The notes under the pieces were generated by a model. The model saw only the letters and a list, made by a program, of their open reading frames with translations, was not told where the DNA came from and did not search any database. A stretch of 64,000 nt of DNA from an uncultured bacterium. Its GTDB lineage: Bacteria > Patescibacteriota > Minisyncoccia > Phycocordibacterales > UBA9973. The stretch's first letter is position 1; each line of letters starts with the position of its first letter. This document shows positions 26,476-36,334 of this stretch, piece after piece. The stretch spans positions 28,213 through 92,212 of the forward strand of contig CAITQP010000007.1 of the NCBI GenBank assembly GCA_903894565.1, written 5' to 3'. A program made the translations under genes and the position numbers.

Positions 26476-27846
26476 ATGAATGATTATCAGCCCGAATGGA
26501 AAATCTACCTTTGGAGAAAAATGCTTGTCGGACACAGCGATGAGACCGTTCTTCACTCTATTCGAGATTTTATCTATTTTGACGAGTCCGAGCAGAGGGA
26601 TTTGATGCTCAAAGAAGCTCAAGGTTCAATCGATGCGATCAATACGTCATACACCAAAGCAATCAGCACCAAAACACCAATGGAAGTCGATAGCGGCGAC
26701 GCTCTCAGCCACACTGAACGTTTTTATAATTCCAATGTCGAGAACGCATTTTTAGGTTTGCTCGGGTTGAACAGTGAGACTCCGGCGGGGCTCACTTTGA
26801 GTGAACTATATATTACGCCCAAATATATCGAAAAATATCAGCAAGATGTCCGACGACGCGCCGCACAGGAAGAAAAGAAAAGGATCGCATCGATCAGTGG
26901 CGGGCACGCATACCGAAGCGAGAAAGCTGACGCGTATTTGAGAGATAAATTTTGCGGGTTGGGTTCAACCATTTTCAATAAGGTCCAAAACTCTCAATTT
27001 TTGACGATTACCGATCTGGTGACTCTGATGCAAATTAACGACCCTCTGATATGGCAAAATCTCACGTTCAAAATTGAAATCCACGAAACCGCCCTCCGAA
27101 AAATCTTATCGGACTACCTCGACGAGTTTCGGACTGGCGACCTACTCGGCGCTCCGAAGATGCGATATTTCAGCTATCCCAAGCAACGGGAAAAATTGAT
27201 AGAGGCGATCAAAGTCCTAACTGAAAAATACGACTCAAAAAATCTTCGGGTTACATTTGAAGAATTGGCCAGAGCGGGAGGATGGTACTTGAAGGATGAA
27301 AATCATTTTCGTTTCTACGAGACGATGTTCTCGCTTGAAAAAGAGAATGTGATAAAAATCATTGACTTGGTCAAAGAGGAAATAATTATCTCCCTCACCC
27401 GAGATTTCATGATGGATCAGCAAGCCATCGATGAAGGCAATCACCCTTTCAGTGGGACCGCTGCCGAAACTGCGTACTTCCTTGATTTTGATCCAAAAAC
27501 GAGAGAGCTTGTTCTTAACAAGGAGTACATTCTCTCTACTCCTAATTTTTCCAGCGAGAACCACAATTTCATCGAGTATGTTTTTGCGCGGCCAAACGAA
27601 AAAATCACCAAGGAGGAAATAGAGACTGCGATAAAAAAATCTCTGGGAAAGAGCTTTCATCAAATCCTAAACGACCTTGGTTTCAAGGGCGAATTGAGGA
27701 AAATGTTTTTTCCGAGCGTTTCAAAAGACGGCATCATTTTTGAAAACAGCATTTCATATAAAGATTTTGAGGATCGAAAGATTGATACTAAAAAATTAGC
27801 TTTGGATATAAAAAAATTACACAAATTAAGAAGTAGTAAGAAATAG
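26476..27846 (+). CDS. Hypothetical element protein (possible C-terminal winged-helix regulator)
   Basis: 456-aa ORF divergent from R-M; C-terminal NHNFIEYVFARPNEKIT..EI...LGFKGELRKMFF. Confidence 0.6.
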   Translation: MNDYQPEWKIYLWRKMLVGHSDETVLHSIRDFIYFDESEQRDLMLKEAQGSIDAINTSYTKAISTKTPMEVDSGDALSHTERFYNSNVENAFLGLLGLNSETPAGLTLSELYITPKYIEKYQQDVRRRAAQEEKKRIASISGGHAYRSEKADAYLRDKFCGLGSTIFNKVQNSQFLTITDLVTLMQINDPLIWQNLTFKIEIHETALRKILSDYLDEFRTGDLLGAPKMRYFSYPKQREKLIEAIKVLTEKYDSKNLRVTFEELARAGGWYLKDENHFRFYETMFSLEKENVIKIIDLVKEEIIISLTRDFMMDQQAIDEGNHPFSGTAAETAYFLDFDPKTRELVLNKEYILSTPNFSSENHNFIEYVFARPNEKITKEEIETAIKKSLGKSFHQILNDLGFKGELRKMFFPSVSKDGIIFENSISYKDFEDRKIDTKKLALDIKKLHKLRSSKK

Positions 27847-28030
27847 TCAGAAAGACATTGAACTAACAAGATAACGGCTATGGAATAGTGGCGACATGGG
27901 ATGCTCAAATTGAGCTCCTTTTTGTTTTGCTCAACTAAATGCCATGGAAAAAATCCGAGCAGGTTCTCTGTTTGCTTGGTCTGTCTGTTCATGGCGTTCG
28001 GACGGATCAAGCAAAGAGTGAGCCTGCACT

Positions 28031-28213
28031 ATGTTACCAGAACAGGCCATTGACGAATATATCAAGATGTTCCGAAAGAAGTTCGGAGTCACGCTTTCCA
28101 GACAGGAAGCGTCATTTCGTGCTAACCATTTGGTCAATCTGTATAAGGCGGTCCTTGGCCCAGAGTCATCTGGGGAAGTAAAAAAGGTCGAGAAACCAAA
28201 CGATAGCCGTTAA
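28031..28213 (+). CDS. Small element-associated hypothetical protein
   Basis: AIDEYIKMFRKKFGVTLSRQEA...LVNLYK, a type I associate with genes upstream of CPR recombinases. Confidence 0.55.
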   Translation: MLPEQAIDEYIKMFRKKFGVTLSRQEASFRANHLVNLYKAVLGPESSGEVKKVEKPNDSR

Positions 28214-28217
28214 TCCT

Positions 28218-28562
28218 ATGACAAGGATCAACGGCCAAAAAATCATCGGTTCGACAAGTTATACAATCAAAGAACTTGCGAGAGATGCGGATGTGAATGA
28301 GAAAACTTGCTTGCGTTGGATCGAACAGGGGCTCCCGACCGTTCCTGGCGGGAAAAATCCGATCCTCATGCGCGGCTTTGAGATCAAAGATTTTTTGAGA
28401 AAAAAAGACTCAAAAAAGAAAATAAAATTGAAGCGACACGAGTTTTATTGTCTCAGATGCAAGGCCGCGCGGAGCGCAAAGCGAAACACGATCAAGAAGC
28501 TAAACGGGCGAAAAACAGGCGAATGTCGTGTCTGCAACGGGAAAATGAGCCGGACAATCTAA
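28218..28562 (+). CDS. HTH DNA-binding protein with C-terminal CxxC..CxxC zinc finger
   Basis: YTIKELA...V.EKT..RWI..GL; YCLRCK...CRVC. Confidence 0.75.
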   Translation: MTRINGQKIIGSTSYTIKELARDADVNEKTCLRWIEQGLPTVPGGKNPILMRGFEIKDFLRKKDSKKKIKLKRHEFYCLRCKAARSAKRNTIKKLNGRKTGECRVCNGKMSRTI

Positions 28563-28703
28563 CCCTGCCAAAAGGACTAAATGATATTCTCTCTCCCAAC
28601 TTAAATGTCCGTTTAGAGCGAGAAACGCGCGTATCGATTCGGTAACAAAAAGAACCCTAAAAAAGCAGGCAATTATCAAACTAAAAAACACTAAATTAAT
28701 TCT

Positions 28704-28937
28704 ATGGAAACACCATCAAACGAAGAAAAAATCGAGCTAAAAATCAGCCTCAGAAATATACCGTATGTTGTCTCTGCTCTTGAATCGGAAATAGAGCATC
28801 TGAAAAAAATCCAGAAAGCCTGTACTAAGAAAAAGCAATTCCAAGCGGCAAACGATCTCCTACCCGGAATTATGCTCTTAGAAAAAATGGCAAAACACTT
28901 GAAGCCCATGAAGCCGACCCCATTACCTCTTACCTAA
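28704..28937 (+). CDS. Small hypothetical protein
   Basis: 77-aa helical ORF directly upstream of integrase. Confidence 0.45.
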   Translation: METPSNEEKIELKISLRNIPYVVSALESEIEHLKKIQKACTKKKQFQAANDLLPGIMLLEKMAKHLKPMKPTPLPLT

Positions 28938-28949
28938 CCATTCTTAGTC

Positions 28950-30062
28950 ATGAAAACACCTTACGAAAACGAGCAGATAAAGAGGCAATTCTTTGAGCAG
29001 TTAAAAGGCGCTCGGGGGTTTGCCAAAAGCTCGGTGCGTACTCACGCCGACGCCATCACACAATGGGATACCTTCAATCAGAACGAGGACTATTCCACCT
29101 ACGATAAATCAAAAGCTGCCGCCTTTACGGAGTGGCTCAGCACGAGACCCGCCAAATCAAAATCCGGCAAAGTTTCCCTTGTTACCCAGTCGAACTATAT
29201 TCGCCGCATAAAGAAGTTCTTTGAGTGGCTTTGCGAACAGCCCGGCTACAAGAGCAAGATACAAAAAAACGATGTGGACTACTTACGCCTCTCAAAAGCG
29301 GATGCCCAAATCGCACGTTTGGGAACCACCAAAAAAATGCCTACCTTTGAGGACGCTAAAAAGATAATCGAGGGCATTGATGGCAAGTCCGAAATCGACA
29401 TGCGCGACCGTGCCCTCATCTCTTTTGCGCTCATCACGGGTGCTCGCATCAATGCCATCATTTCCTTGAAGATGAAAAGCTTTGACAAAGAGAAGAAACA
29501 AATCGACCAGAACCCAGGTGACGGAGTGAAGACCAAAAACACGAAACGAATACTTACCACATTCTTCCCAATTGGTTGGGACGATCCAGAAAAATATTTC
29601 ATGGAATGGTATGAGTACTTGGAGTCAAAGGGTTTTGGACCTGATGAGCCGATCTTTCCGATGACATCCCATTCTTTTGGCGGAGGAGAAAATAGCTACA
29701 GTAAAGAAGCCATTGGGCAAGATGCTTGGGTTGGCACAGGCGCGGCACGCAAGATTTTTGAAAAGCGATGCAAAAGTGCCTACCTTCAGTATTTCCACCC
29801 GCACTCCTTTCGCCATTTGGTTGTAAGCATCCTTAGCAAGAAACGCCTTACCGAGGAAGAGAAGAAAGCGATCAGCTTAAATCTGGGACACGAGAATGTC
29901 ACGACCACATTTGGATCATATGGATATGGCGCTATGAGCAATACGGATGCCGTCAAAATCGTTCAGAAATTGAAGGATATTCAAGAAGGTTCGAGCGATA
30001 CTCTGGCACTCACCGACCAAGAAAGGGCCGTTTTCGAGAAAATAGCTAAGCGTATCTTGTAG
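28950..30062 (+). CDS. Tyrosine recombinase/integrase
   Basis: RDRAL...TGAR, KTK, HSFRH, LGHE..TT..SY catalytic set. Confidence 0.9.
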   Translation: MKTPYENEQIKRQFFEQLKGARGFAKSSVRTHADAITQWDTFNQNEDYSTYDKSKAAAFTEWLSTRPAKSKSGKVSLVTQSNYIRRIKKFFEWLCEQPGYKSKIQKNDVDYLRLSKADAQIARLGTTKKMPTFEDAKKIIEGIDGKSEIDMRDRALISFALITGARINAIISLKMKSFDKEKKQIDQNPGDGVKTKNTKRILTTFFPIGWDDPEKYFMEWYEYLESKGFGPDEPIFPMTSHSFGGGENSYSKEAIGQDAWVGTGAARKIFEKRCKSAYLQYFHPHSFRHLVVSILSKKRLTEEEKKAISLNLGHENVTTTFGSYGYGAMSNTDAVKIVQKLKDIQEGSSDTLALTDQERAVFEKIAKRIL

Positions 30063-30091
30063 ACTTGCAATGTAAACAATAGTAAAGTAAA

Positions 30092-30274
30092 ATGAAAGAC
30101 ATGGAACAAGATTTTTACACCGCCCGAGATTTGGCCGACAGGCTCGGCCTGAACATTATGACGATCTACCGCTGGATCGGAGCGAAGAAGCTCAAAGCGT
30201 ATAAGCTCGGCAAGGAATTCAGAATTGAGAAAAAGGATTTCGATGCTTTCTTAAAGAAGGCAAGCAATAAATAA
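30092..30274 (+). CDS. Excisionase-like HTH protein
   Basis: YTARDLA..L....TIYRWI...KLKAYKLGKEFRI. Confidence 0.85.
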   Translation: MKDMEQDFYTARDLADRLGLNIMTIYRWIGAKKLKAYKLGKEFRIEKKDFDAFLKKASNK

Positions 30275-30278
30275 CATT

Positions 30279-31925
30279 ATGCAAACAGAAGCACCACAAA
30301 AACTCAAATACGGCATGTACGGCCGAAAATCTAGCGAGACCGAAGATCGCCAGGTCCTTTCGATTGACTCCCAGATCGATAGCGCAAAAGCTATCTGCAA
30401 AAACCTCAATATCCGTATTGCGGATGAGGATGTTTTAACCGAGTCAAAATCAGCAAAGACCACAAACCATCGCCCGCTATTCAAGGAGATGCTCGACCGA
30501 CTAGAGCATGGCAAGATCAACGCCATCGTCGCGTGGCACGCTGACCGCCTCTCGCGTAACGCCATCGACTCCGCACTCCTCGTCGATATGATGGATCGCG
30601 GCAAGCTGATCGAAATTGTTACTCCTGGGCAAACGTATCGAAATACGCCATTTGATAAGTTCATGTTCACTCTCGCTTGTACCCAAGCAAAAATGGAAAA
30701 CGACAAGAAAGGTATCGACGTTACGCGAGGGCTTACAAAGAAAGCGACTATGGGTATGTTCCCTGGCCCTGCGCCGTTCGGCTATCTGAATGATAAGTTT
30801 ACAGAGAAAGGAAATAAAAAAATCATCACCGACAAAGTGCGTCTCCCTCTTATCCGCAAAATGATGGAGCTGATGCTAACCGGCACATACGGACCACTTC
30901 AAATCCGAGAGATTGCAACGAACGAGTGGGGCTACCGAACTCCCAAAGGCAAGAAGATGGGTCGAAGCACGATCTATCGCATCTTCACAAATACCTTTTA
31001 CTACGGCATGTACGAGTACCCACTCGGAAGCGGTCGTTGGTATCGTGGAACGCACGAGACGATCATCACCGAGGAGGACTACGACAAAATCCAAGCACTC
31101 CTCGGTCGTAAGGGCCGTCCTCGTCCGAAGACCCATATCTTTGATTTCGTAGGAATGATGAAGTGCGCCGACTGCGGCGCGTCTATTACAGCCGAAACAA
31201 AGTTCAAGAAACTCGCCAATGGCGATGTGAACACTTACGTTTACTATCACTGCACCAAGAAGCTCAATCCGAACTGCACGCAAGGATCAATAGAGGAAAA
31301 GGAACTTAAAAAGCAGATCGTCCGCGAGATCGACAAAATCGAAATACCAACCGAGTTCCACGCCTTTGCCATGAAATGGTGGAAGACCGAAAACGAGAAG
31401 GAAGTCGACGACCGCAACACTATCGTCGAAGCCCAACAGAGGGCCTATAAGGCTTGCCTTGCGAAGATAGACGGCCTGACCAATATGAGAGCGGGCGGCG
31501 AAATCGAGGGGGACGAATTTATCCGACGCCGAGAGCCGCTTCTTGAAGAAAAGAAGCGTTTGGAGAAACTATTTGAAGGCACGGGTAAACGCGTTGATGC
31601 CTGGATGAAGACCGGCGACGAAATGTTTACTTTCATCGAGCGAGCAATAAACCGCTTCACTTACGGTACACTTGAAGACCGCCGAGCCATACTTGCGGCT
31701 CTCGGCTCGAACCTACTCATAAAAGACAAAATACTCAGTATTGATATAGAGAATTGTCTATTCCCAATACAAAATATTTCAGGCACTGTCCGAGACATAA
31801 AAGAACGGCTCGAACCAATAAATACCCTGGAAAAACAAGGACAGTTTGAGCAAATGTGCTCTAACAGTCCAGTAGTGCTGCCAGACCTGGATTCGAACCA
31901 AGATACACTGCTCCAGAGGCAGTAG
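30279..31925 (+). CDS. Large serine recombinase
   Basis: YGRKSSE (catalytic Ser), SIDSQ, ESKSAK..RP.F, DRLSRN, recombinase domain APFGY/YYG/GTHE.II, zinc ribbon CADCG..YYHC, coiled coil; 3' end overlaps tRNA-Gln antisense. Confidence 0.92.
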   Translation: MQTEAPQKLKYGMYGRKSSETEDRQVLSIDSQIDSAKAICKNLNIRIADEDVLTESKSAKTTNHRPLFKEMLDRLEHGKINAIVAWHADRLSRNAIDSALLVDMMDRGKLIEIVTPGQTYRNTPFDKFMFTLACTQAKMENDKKGIDVTRGLTKKATMGMFPGPAPFGYLNDKFTEKGNKKIITDKVRLPLIRKMMELMLTGTYGPLQIREIATNEWGYRTPKGKKMGRSTIYRIFTNTFYYGMYEYPLGSGRWYRGTHETIITEEDYDKIQALLGRKGRPRPKTHIFDFVGMMKCADCGASITAETKFKKLANGDVNTYVYYHCTKKLNPNCTQGSIEEKELKKQIVREIDKIEIPTEFHAFAMKWWKTENEKEVDDRNTIVEAQQRAYKACLAKIDGLTNMRAGGEIEGDEFIRRREPLLEEKKRLEKLFEGTGKRVDAWMKTGDEMFTFIERAINRFTYGTLEDRRAILAALGSNLLIKDKILSIDIENCLFPIQNISGTVRDIKERLEPINTLEKQGQFEQMCSNSPVVLPDLDSNQDTLLQRQ

Positions 31926-31948
31926 TCCTACCATTAGACGATCTGGCA
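31878..31948 (-). tRNA. tRNA-Gln(CUG)
   Basis: TGCCAGA/TCTGGCA acceptor, ACTGC-CTCTGGA-GCAGT anticodon arm, TTCGAAT T-loop; no encoded CCA. Confidence 0.93.
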
Positions 31949-32048
31949 ATATTTCACACGGGCACACTTCGCCCGTATAACTCCCCAACAATAGCTTAAA
32001 TATGGGCTTTTTTCAAGTATTCGAGACCCGTGGTATGATAATCTGCAT

Positions 32049-32783
32049 ATGACAGACGAACAACAACACGTAGACAAGAGTGGACACCGACACCTCACGC
32101 TCGATGAAATCAAGCAGGGATGTGTCGAAGTAGCCGGCGACAATCCAGACGGCGTACGCATTTGTCGCATCAACGAAGAACTCAAACAAGGCATAACAGA
32201 AATGGAGACGATCGAACGCTCCGTCACTTTTTATGGCTCAGCACGTTTCAAAGAAGGCGATGAATTCTATGACAAAGCTCGTCATCTTGGAGGCCGTATC
32301 GCCAAAGAACTCGGCTTCACTGTCGTGACTGGCGGAGGTCCTGGCATCATGGAAGCTGGCAACCGCGGTGCTTTTGAATCGGGTGGCAAATCTGTTGGCC
32401 TCTCGATCAAACTTCCGATGGAACAGCACAACAACGAATATGTCACAGACGATGTTCCCTTCTACTTCTTCTTTGCTCGCAAAGTCGCACTCTCGTTCTC
32501 GTCGGAAGTGTTCGTCTTCTTCCCTGGAGGATTCGGCACAATGGATGAAATGTTTGAAGTACTCACGCTCGTACAGACAGGCAAACTCAAACCAATTCCC
32601 CTCGTCTTTTACGGCGTCGAATTCTGGACACCGCTCATCAATTTCTTCAAATTAACAATGCTTGAGAAATATCAGACCATTAGTCCAAAAGACATGGATC
32701 TCTTCACCGTCACAGACGACGACAATCTCGTCATCGACATCGTCAAAAACGCAAAGTCTCGCGAAGGCAACCACTTAGATTAG
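32049..32783 (+). CDS. LOG-family nucleotide phosphoribohydrolase (TIGR00730)
   Basis: FYGSAR, TGGGPGIMEAGN, FFARK, PGGFGTMDE. Confidence 0.9.
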   Translation: MTDEQQHVDKSGHRHLTLDEIKQGCVEVAGDNPDGVRICRINEELKQGITEMETIERSVTFYGSARFKEGDEFYDKARHLGGRIAKELGFTVVTGGGPGIMEAGNRGAFESGGKSVGLSIKLPMEQHNNEYVTDDVPFYFFFARKVALSFSSEVFVFFPGGFGTMDEMFEVLTLVQTGKLKPIPLVFYGVEFWTPLINFFKLTMLEKYQTISPKDMDLFTVTDDDNLVIDIVKNAKSREGNHLD

Positions 32784-32925
32784 CCGCCACAAAATAAAAA
32801 TAGCAAAAATACCTTTTGGAAGCACTCTCGGAGCGCGACGGCGAGAGAGAGAGGCGAAATTTCTTCAGAAATTTACGCCGGTGCTTCTGAAAGGTATTTT
32901 TGCTATTTTTATTTTATGGCGGCTA
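32781..32925. repeat. Long hairpin: 45-bp inverted arms around conserved 55-nt core (copy A)
   Basis: Arms 32781-32825/32881-32925 (3 mismatches); core 32826-32880 matches reverse complement of 36366-36420. Confidence 0.9.
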
Positions 32926-32948
32926 CTAAAAGTAGTTTTTTGTGCGCG

Positions 32949-34619
32949 CTATGCGCGTTTTGCTCGTGTAGCTGCTGCCTCAGCAAAAGCCTTGAAGAGT
33001 GGATGTGGTGCAAGTGGTCGTGATTTGAATTCTGGATGGAATTGTGTGCCAAGGAAGAATGGATGAACGTCTTTTGGAAGTTCAGCGATCTCCATGAGCT
33101 CGCCGTCAGGCGAGCGTCCTGAGAACACAAGTCCTGCCCCCTCGATATCCTTGATATACGCAGGATTCACCTCGTAGCGATGACGGTGGCGCTCACTGAT
33201 GGTGTCTTTGGCATATGCTGTACGCGCCATTGTGCCCGTACCGAGATATGCATCGTACGCGCCGAGACGCATGGTACCTCCATAGTCATGAGCATCGAGC
33301 TTCCCTTTCTGAGATTCCATAATATCGATCACAAGACGTGATGAATCTGGATTGATCTCTCGAGTATTCGCATCTTTCCATCCGAGTTTGTGACGAGCAT
33401 ATTCAATCACCGCAAGTTGCATTCCGTAACACAACCCAAAATATGGAATTTTGTTTTCACGCGCAAACTGAATTGCAGAAATAATTCCTTCGATACCACG
33501 CGCTCCAAATCCTCCAGGAACAATGATGCCATCGTATTGCGCGAGATCTTTGATACGCTCAGGATGCTGTTCAAAATCAACTGAGTTTATCCATGTGAGC
33601 ACCGGCTTCTGATTGATAGCGTAACTCGCATGACGAATCGCTTCAATCACTGAGATATATGCATCTGAAAGAACATAGTTTCCCGTATCAAAATATTTTC
33701 CAACCACCGCAATCTTGAGTTCACCTTTTGCTGTTGCAATACGATGGGTAAACATATCCCAAAGCTCTGCACTCTCAACGCGATTCTTTTTGCATGAGAG
33801 AAAGAGAATATCACACAAAATATCTGAAAGTCCTTCCTTTTCAAAATTTGCTGGAATGTCGTAAATACTGTCAACGTCAGGAGCACTGATCACACGACCT
33901 TCAGGAACGTTACAAAAGAGTGAGAGCTTTTCTTTGCGCTTCTCGTCGAGAGGATCATTACTACGAGCAACCAGAATGTCTGGCTGAATTCCAGAACCAT
34001 TCAGTGTACGGACTGCATGCTGAGTTGGCTTGGTCTTCATCTCCCCAACCTTACTTGGTACAGGAAGATACGAGACCATAACAACAGCAACATCTTTTGG
34101 ATTCTTGAGCTTCATCATACGTGCAGCCTCAAGGAAGAGAATATTTTCGTATTCACCAATCGTTCCTCCGACTTCAATCACGACGATATCGGCCCCAGCT
34201 TTTTTCTGAGCAGTCTCGATTCGGTCGATAACCTCAAGTGGGATATGTGGCACAACTTGTACGCATTTTCCTGCGTAATCAAGATTGCGCTCTTTGTTGA
34301 TGACGGTCTGATACACACGTCCAGTCGTCATGTAGTTTACGCGTGTAAGGTCGATGTTCAAGAATCGTTCGTAGTTGCCCATGTCCTGATCGGTCTCATC
34401 GCCATCATCAAGCACAAACACCTCTCCGTGTTCAGTCGGATTCATCGTACCCGCATCAACGTTGATGTATGGATCAATCTTTATTGCCGTTGCACGAAGA
34501 CCGCGATCTTGCATGATCTTGGCAATAGAACTAGCGGTGATCCCCTTGCCCACTCCGGAAATGACACCTCCTACGACAAACACATATTTTGGATTTTCTG
34601 CGGTCTTTTTGTTGAACAT
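32949..34619 (-). CDS. pyrG: CTP synthase
   Basis: GGVISGVGKG, DPYINVDAGTM.P.EHGEVFV, KTKPTQH, GLCYGMQ, RHRHRYE, QFHPEF. Confidence 0.97.
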   Translation of the reverse strand: MFNKKTAENPKYVFVVGGVISGVGKGITASSIAKIMQDRGLRATAIKIDPYINVDAGTMNPTEHGEVFVLDDGDETDQDMGNYERFLNIDLTRVNYMTTGRVYQTVINKERNLDYAGKCVQVVPHIPLEVIDRIETAQKKAGADIVVIEVGGTIGEYENILFLEAARMMKLKNPKDVAVVMVSYLPVPSKVGEMKTKPTQHAVRTLNGSGIQPDILVARSNDPLDEKRKEKLSLFCNVPEGRVISAPDVDSIYDIPANFEKEGLSDILCDILFLSCKKNRVESAELWDMFTHRIATAKGELKIAVVGKYFDTGNYVLSDAYISVIEAIRHASYAINQKPVLTWINSVDFEQHPERIKDLAQYDGIIVPGGFGARGIEGIISAIQFARENKIPYFGLCYGMQLAVIEYARHKLGWKDANTREINPDSSRLVIDIMESQKGKLDAHDYGGTMRLGAYDAYLGTGTMARTAYAKDTISERHRHRYEVNPAYIKDIEGAGLVFSGRSPDGELMEIAELPKDVHPFFLGTQFHPEFKSRPLAPHPLFKAFAEAAATRAKRA

Positions 34620-34667
34620 GATGATACTTACAATACGAAAAATACTAATAATTGAAAATCCGAAACA

Positions 34668-35594
34668 TTACACTTTTAAATACTTTCTACTCGCCAAAAC
34701 ACTTGAAAGCGCTCCAAGTCCCGTCCCGAACACGAGCAAGATTCCTGCAAACGAAAGGATATTGCCGAGATAATAGCGGAACAAATTTACACCCCCAAAG
34801 AAATCCGTCATGTGACTTCCAAACCAAAATGTAATTGGAAGGAAAAGGACGAGGGTGAGGAGCGTAGCGACGAACCCGTACAATGCTCCTTCAACAATAA
34901 AAGGGCCTTGCACATGGGAGCGCGACGCACCGACGAGACGCATTACTGAGATCTCTTCACGTGCAAAATAAATAGCGAGACGCATTGTGTTAAACGTAAC
35001 GATGATCGAGATGAGCATCAGAATGAGGGTCATCACGAGACCGAGACGACGCCCGTTTGAAAGAATATTTTGAATCGCCTCGATGTCTGCCTTGTTCTTG
35101 CTGTAATCGACATGGTCAATAATAGATTGTGATCCAGTGCCGAGGGTTCCTGTATTATCAAAAAACTTTGCGATACTTTCATACTGTGAAATATCTTTCG
35201 CTTTAATATTAAGCATTGCCCCGATTGGATTTTGATCAAGCTCATCAAGCGCCTGAAGTGTTGTCTGGTCATCGGCATGACGCGCGCGAAAATCAGCGAG
35301 TGCCTGATTCTCAGAAACGTAATCAACACTCGCGACTTCAGGAACATCGGCAACTTTGTCTTTGAGCGTAAGTATTGATGTCTCGTCAGTACCAGGAACA
35401 ACATACACAGTCACATCAACTTTATTTTCTACGTTCACGAGTGTTGTCTCGAGTACGTGTTGAAAGAGTAATACTCCCCCGAGCACACAGAGGGTAATCG
35501 TCATTACGAGAACTGAAGAGAGGGAGACAAGACTATTCCTTGAAAAATTAAGGAATCCTGTGCGGAACGTACGCTTGAAATTGACCATTGCCAT
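34668..35594 (-). CDS. ftsX: Cell division permease FtsX
   Basis: Four-TM layout, NTMRLAI..REEISVMRLVGAS...GPFIVEG; adjacent to ftsE. Confidence 0.9.
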   Translation of the reverse strand: MAMVNFKRTFRTGFLNFSRNSLVSLSSVLVMTITLCVLGGVLLFQHVLETTLVNVENKVDVTVYVVPGTDETSILTLKDKVADVPEVASVDYVSENQALADFRARHADDQTTLQALDELDQNPIGAMLNIKAKDISQYESIAKFFDNTGTLGTGSQSIIDHVDYSKNKADIEAIQNILSNGRRLGLVMTLILMLISIIVTFNTMRLAIYFAREEISVMRLVGASRSHVQGPFIVEGALYGFVATLLTLVLFLPITFWFGSHMTDFFGGVNLFRYYLGNILSFAGILLVFGTGLGALSSVLASRKYLKV

Positions 35595-35600
35595 ATCTTA

Positions 35601-36281
35601 TTAAATCATATATCGCCCATCCTTGTCATCTCGAACAACACGGCCCTTTTCGAGTGTGATGACACGTTTCCCAATCGAGTCGACAACTCCACGATTGTGC
35701 GTAGTGAGAATAATCGTCGTGCCTAATTCGTTGATTTTTTTGAGAATCTGCACTATCTCGTAGGTACTGATGGGGTCGAGGTTCCCTGTTGGCTCATCAG
35801 CAACAATGATCTCTGGCTGATTGATGATGGCGCGCGCAATCGCGAGACGCTGTTTCTCTCCGCCAGAAAGTTGTCCAGGAAAATGGTCCTTCAATTCAAG
35901 TAGGTTTACAAGGTCAAGCACATGAGGAACATCGGCGGCGATTTCTTCGTCGCTTTTGCCAGCGGCCTCCATTGCAAACGAAATATTTTCAAATGCAGTC
36001 TTGTTTGGGAGTAATTTAAAATCCTGAAACACAGTCCCGATGCGTCGGCGGAGACGCGTCAAATCACGACCACTCAAACGGTTGACATCGAGCGACTCAA
36101 ACATGACAGTACCTTCGGTTGGTTCTTCTTCTGCGATAATGAGTTTAACGAGTGTGGTTTTGCCGGCTCCAGAGTGGCCGACGACGGAGACGAATTCCCC
36201 TGCATTTATCGAAATGGTGACTTCTTCAAGAGCTACTGACCCTTGGGGGTATTCTTTTTTGACTCCTTTGAAATAGATCAT
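35601..36281 (-). CDS. ftsE: Cell division ATP-binding protein FtsE
   Basis: GHSGAGKTT, VFQDFKLL, LSGGEKQR, ADEPTGNLDP. Confidence 0.92.
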   Translation of the reverse strand: MIYFKGVKKEYPQGSVALEEVTISINAGEFVSVVGHSGAGKTTLVKLIIAEEEPTEGTVMFESLDVNRLSGRDLTRLRRRIGTVFQDFKLLPNKTAFENISFAMEAAGKSDEEIAADVPHVLDLVNLLELKDHFPGQLSGGEKQRLAIARAIINQPEIIVADEPTGNLDPISTYEIVQILKKINELGTTIILTTHNRGVVDSIGKRVITLEKGRVVRDDKDGRYMI

Positions 36282-36334
36282 TGGTAACGGGGTCTAGTAT
36301 ATCATATTTCACGAAACCTTAAAGCTCAGACCCA

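Larger units (their letters stand above)
19576..31881. mobile_element. Integrative element (~12.3 kb) at tRNA-Gln(CUG) 3' end
   Basis: Bounded by TGCTGC at 19576-19581 and 31876-31881; carries serine recombinase, excisionase, tyrosine recombinase and type III R-M; GC-richer codon usage in res and recombinase. Confidence 0.7.
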
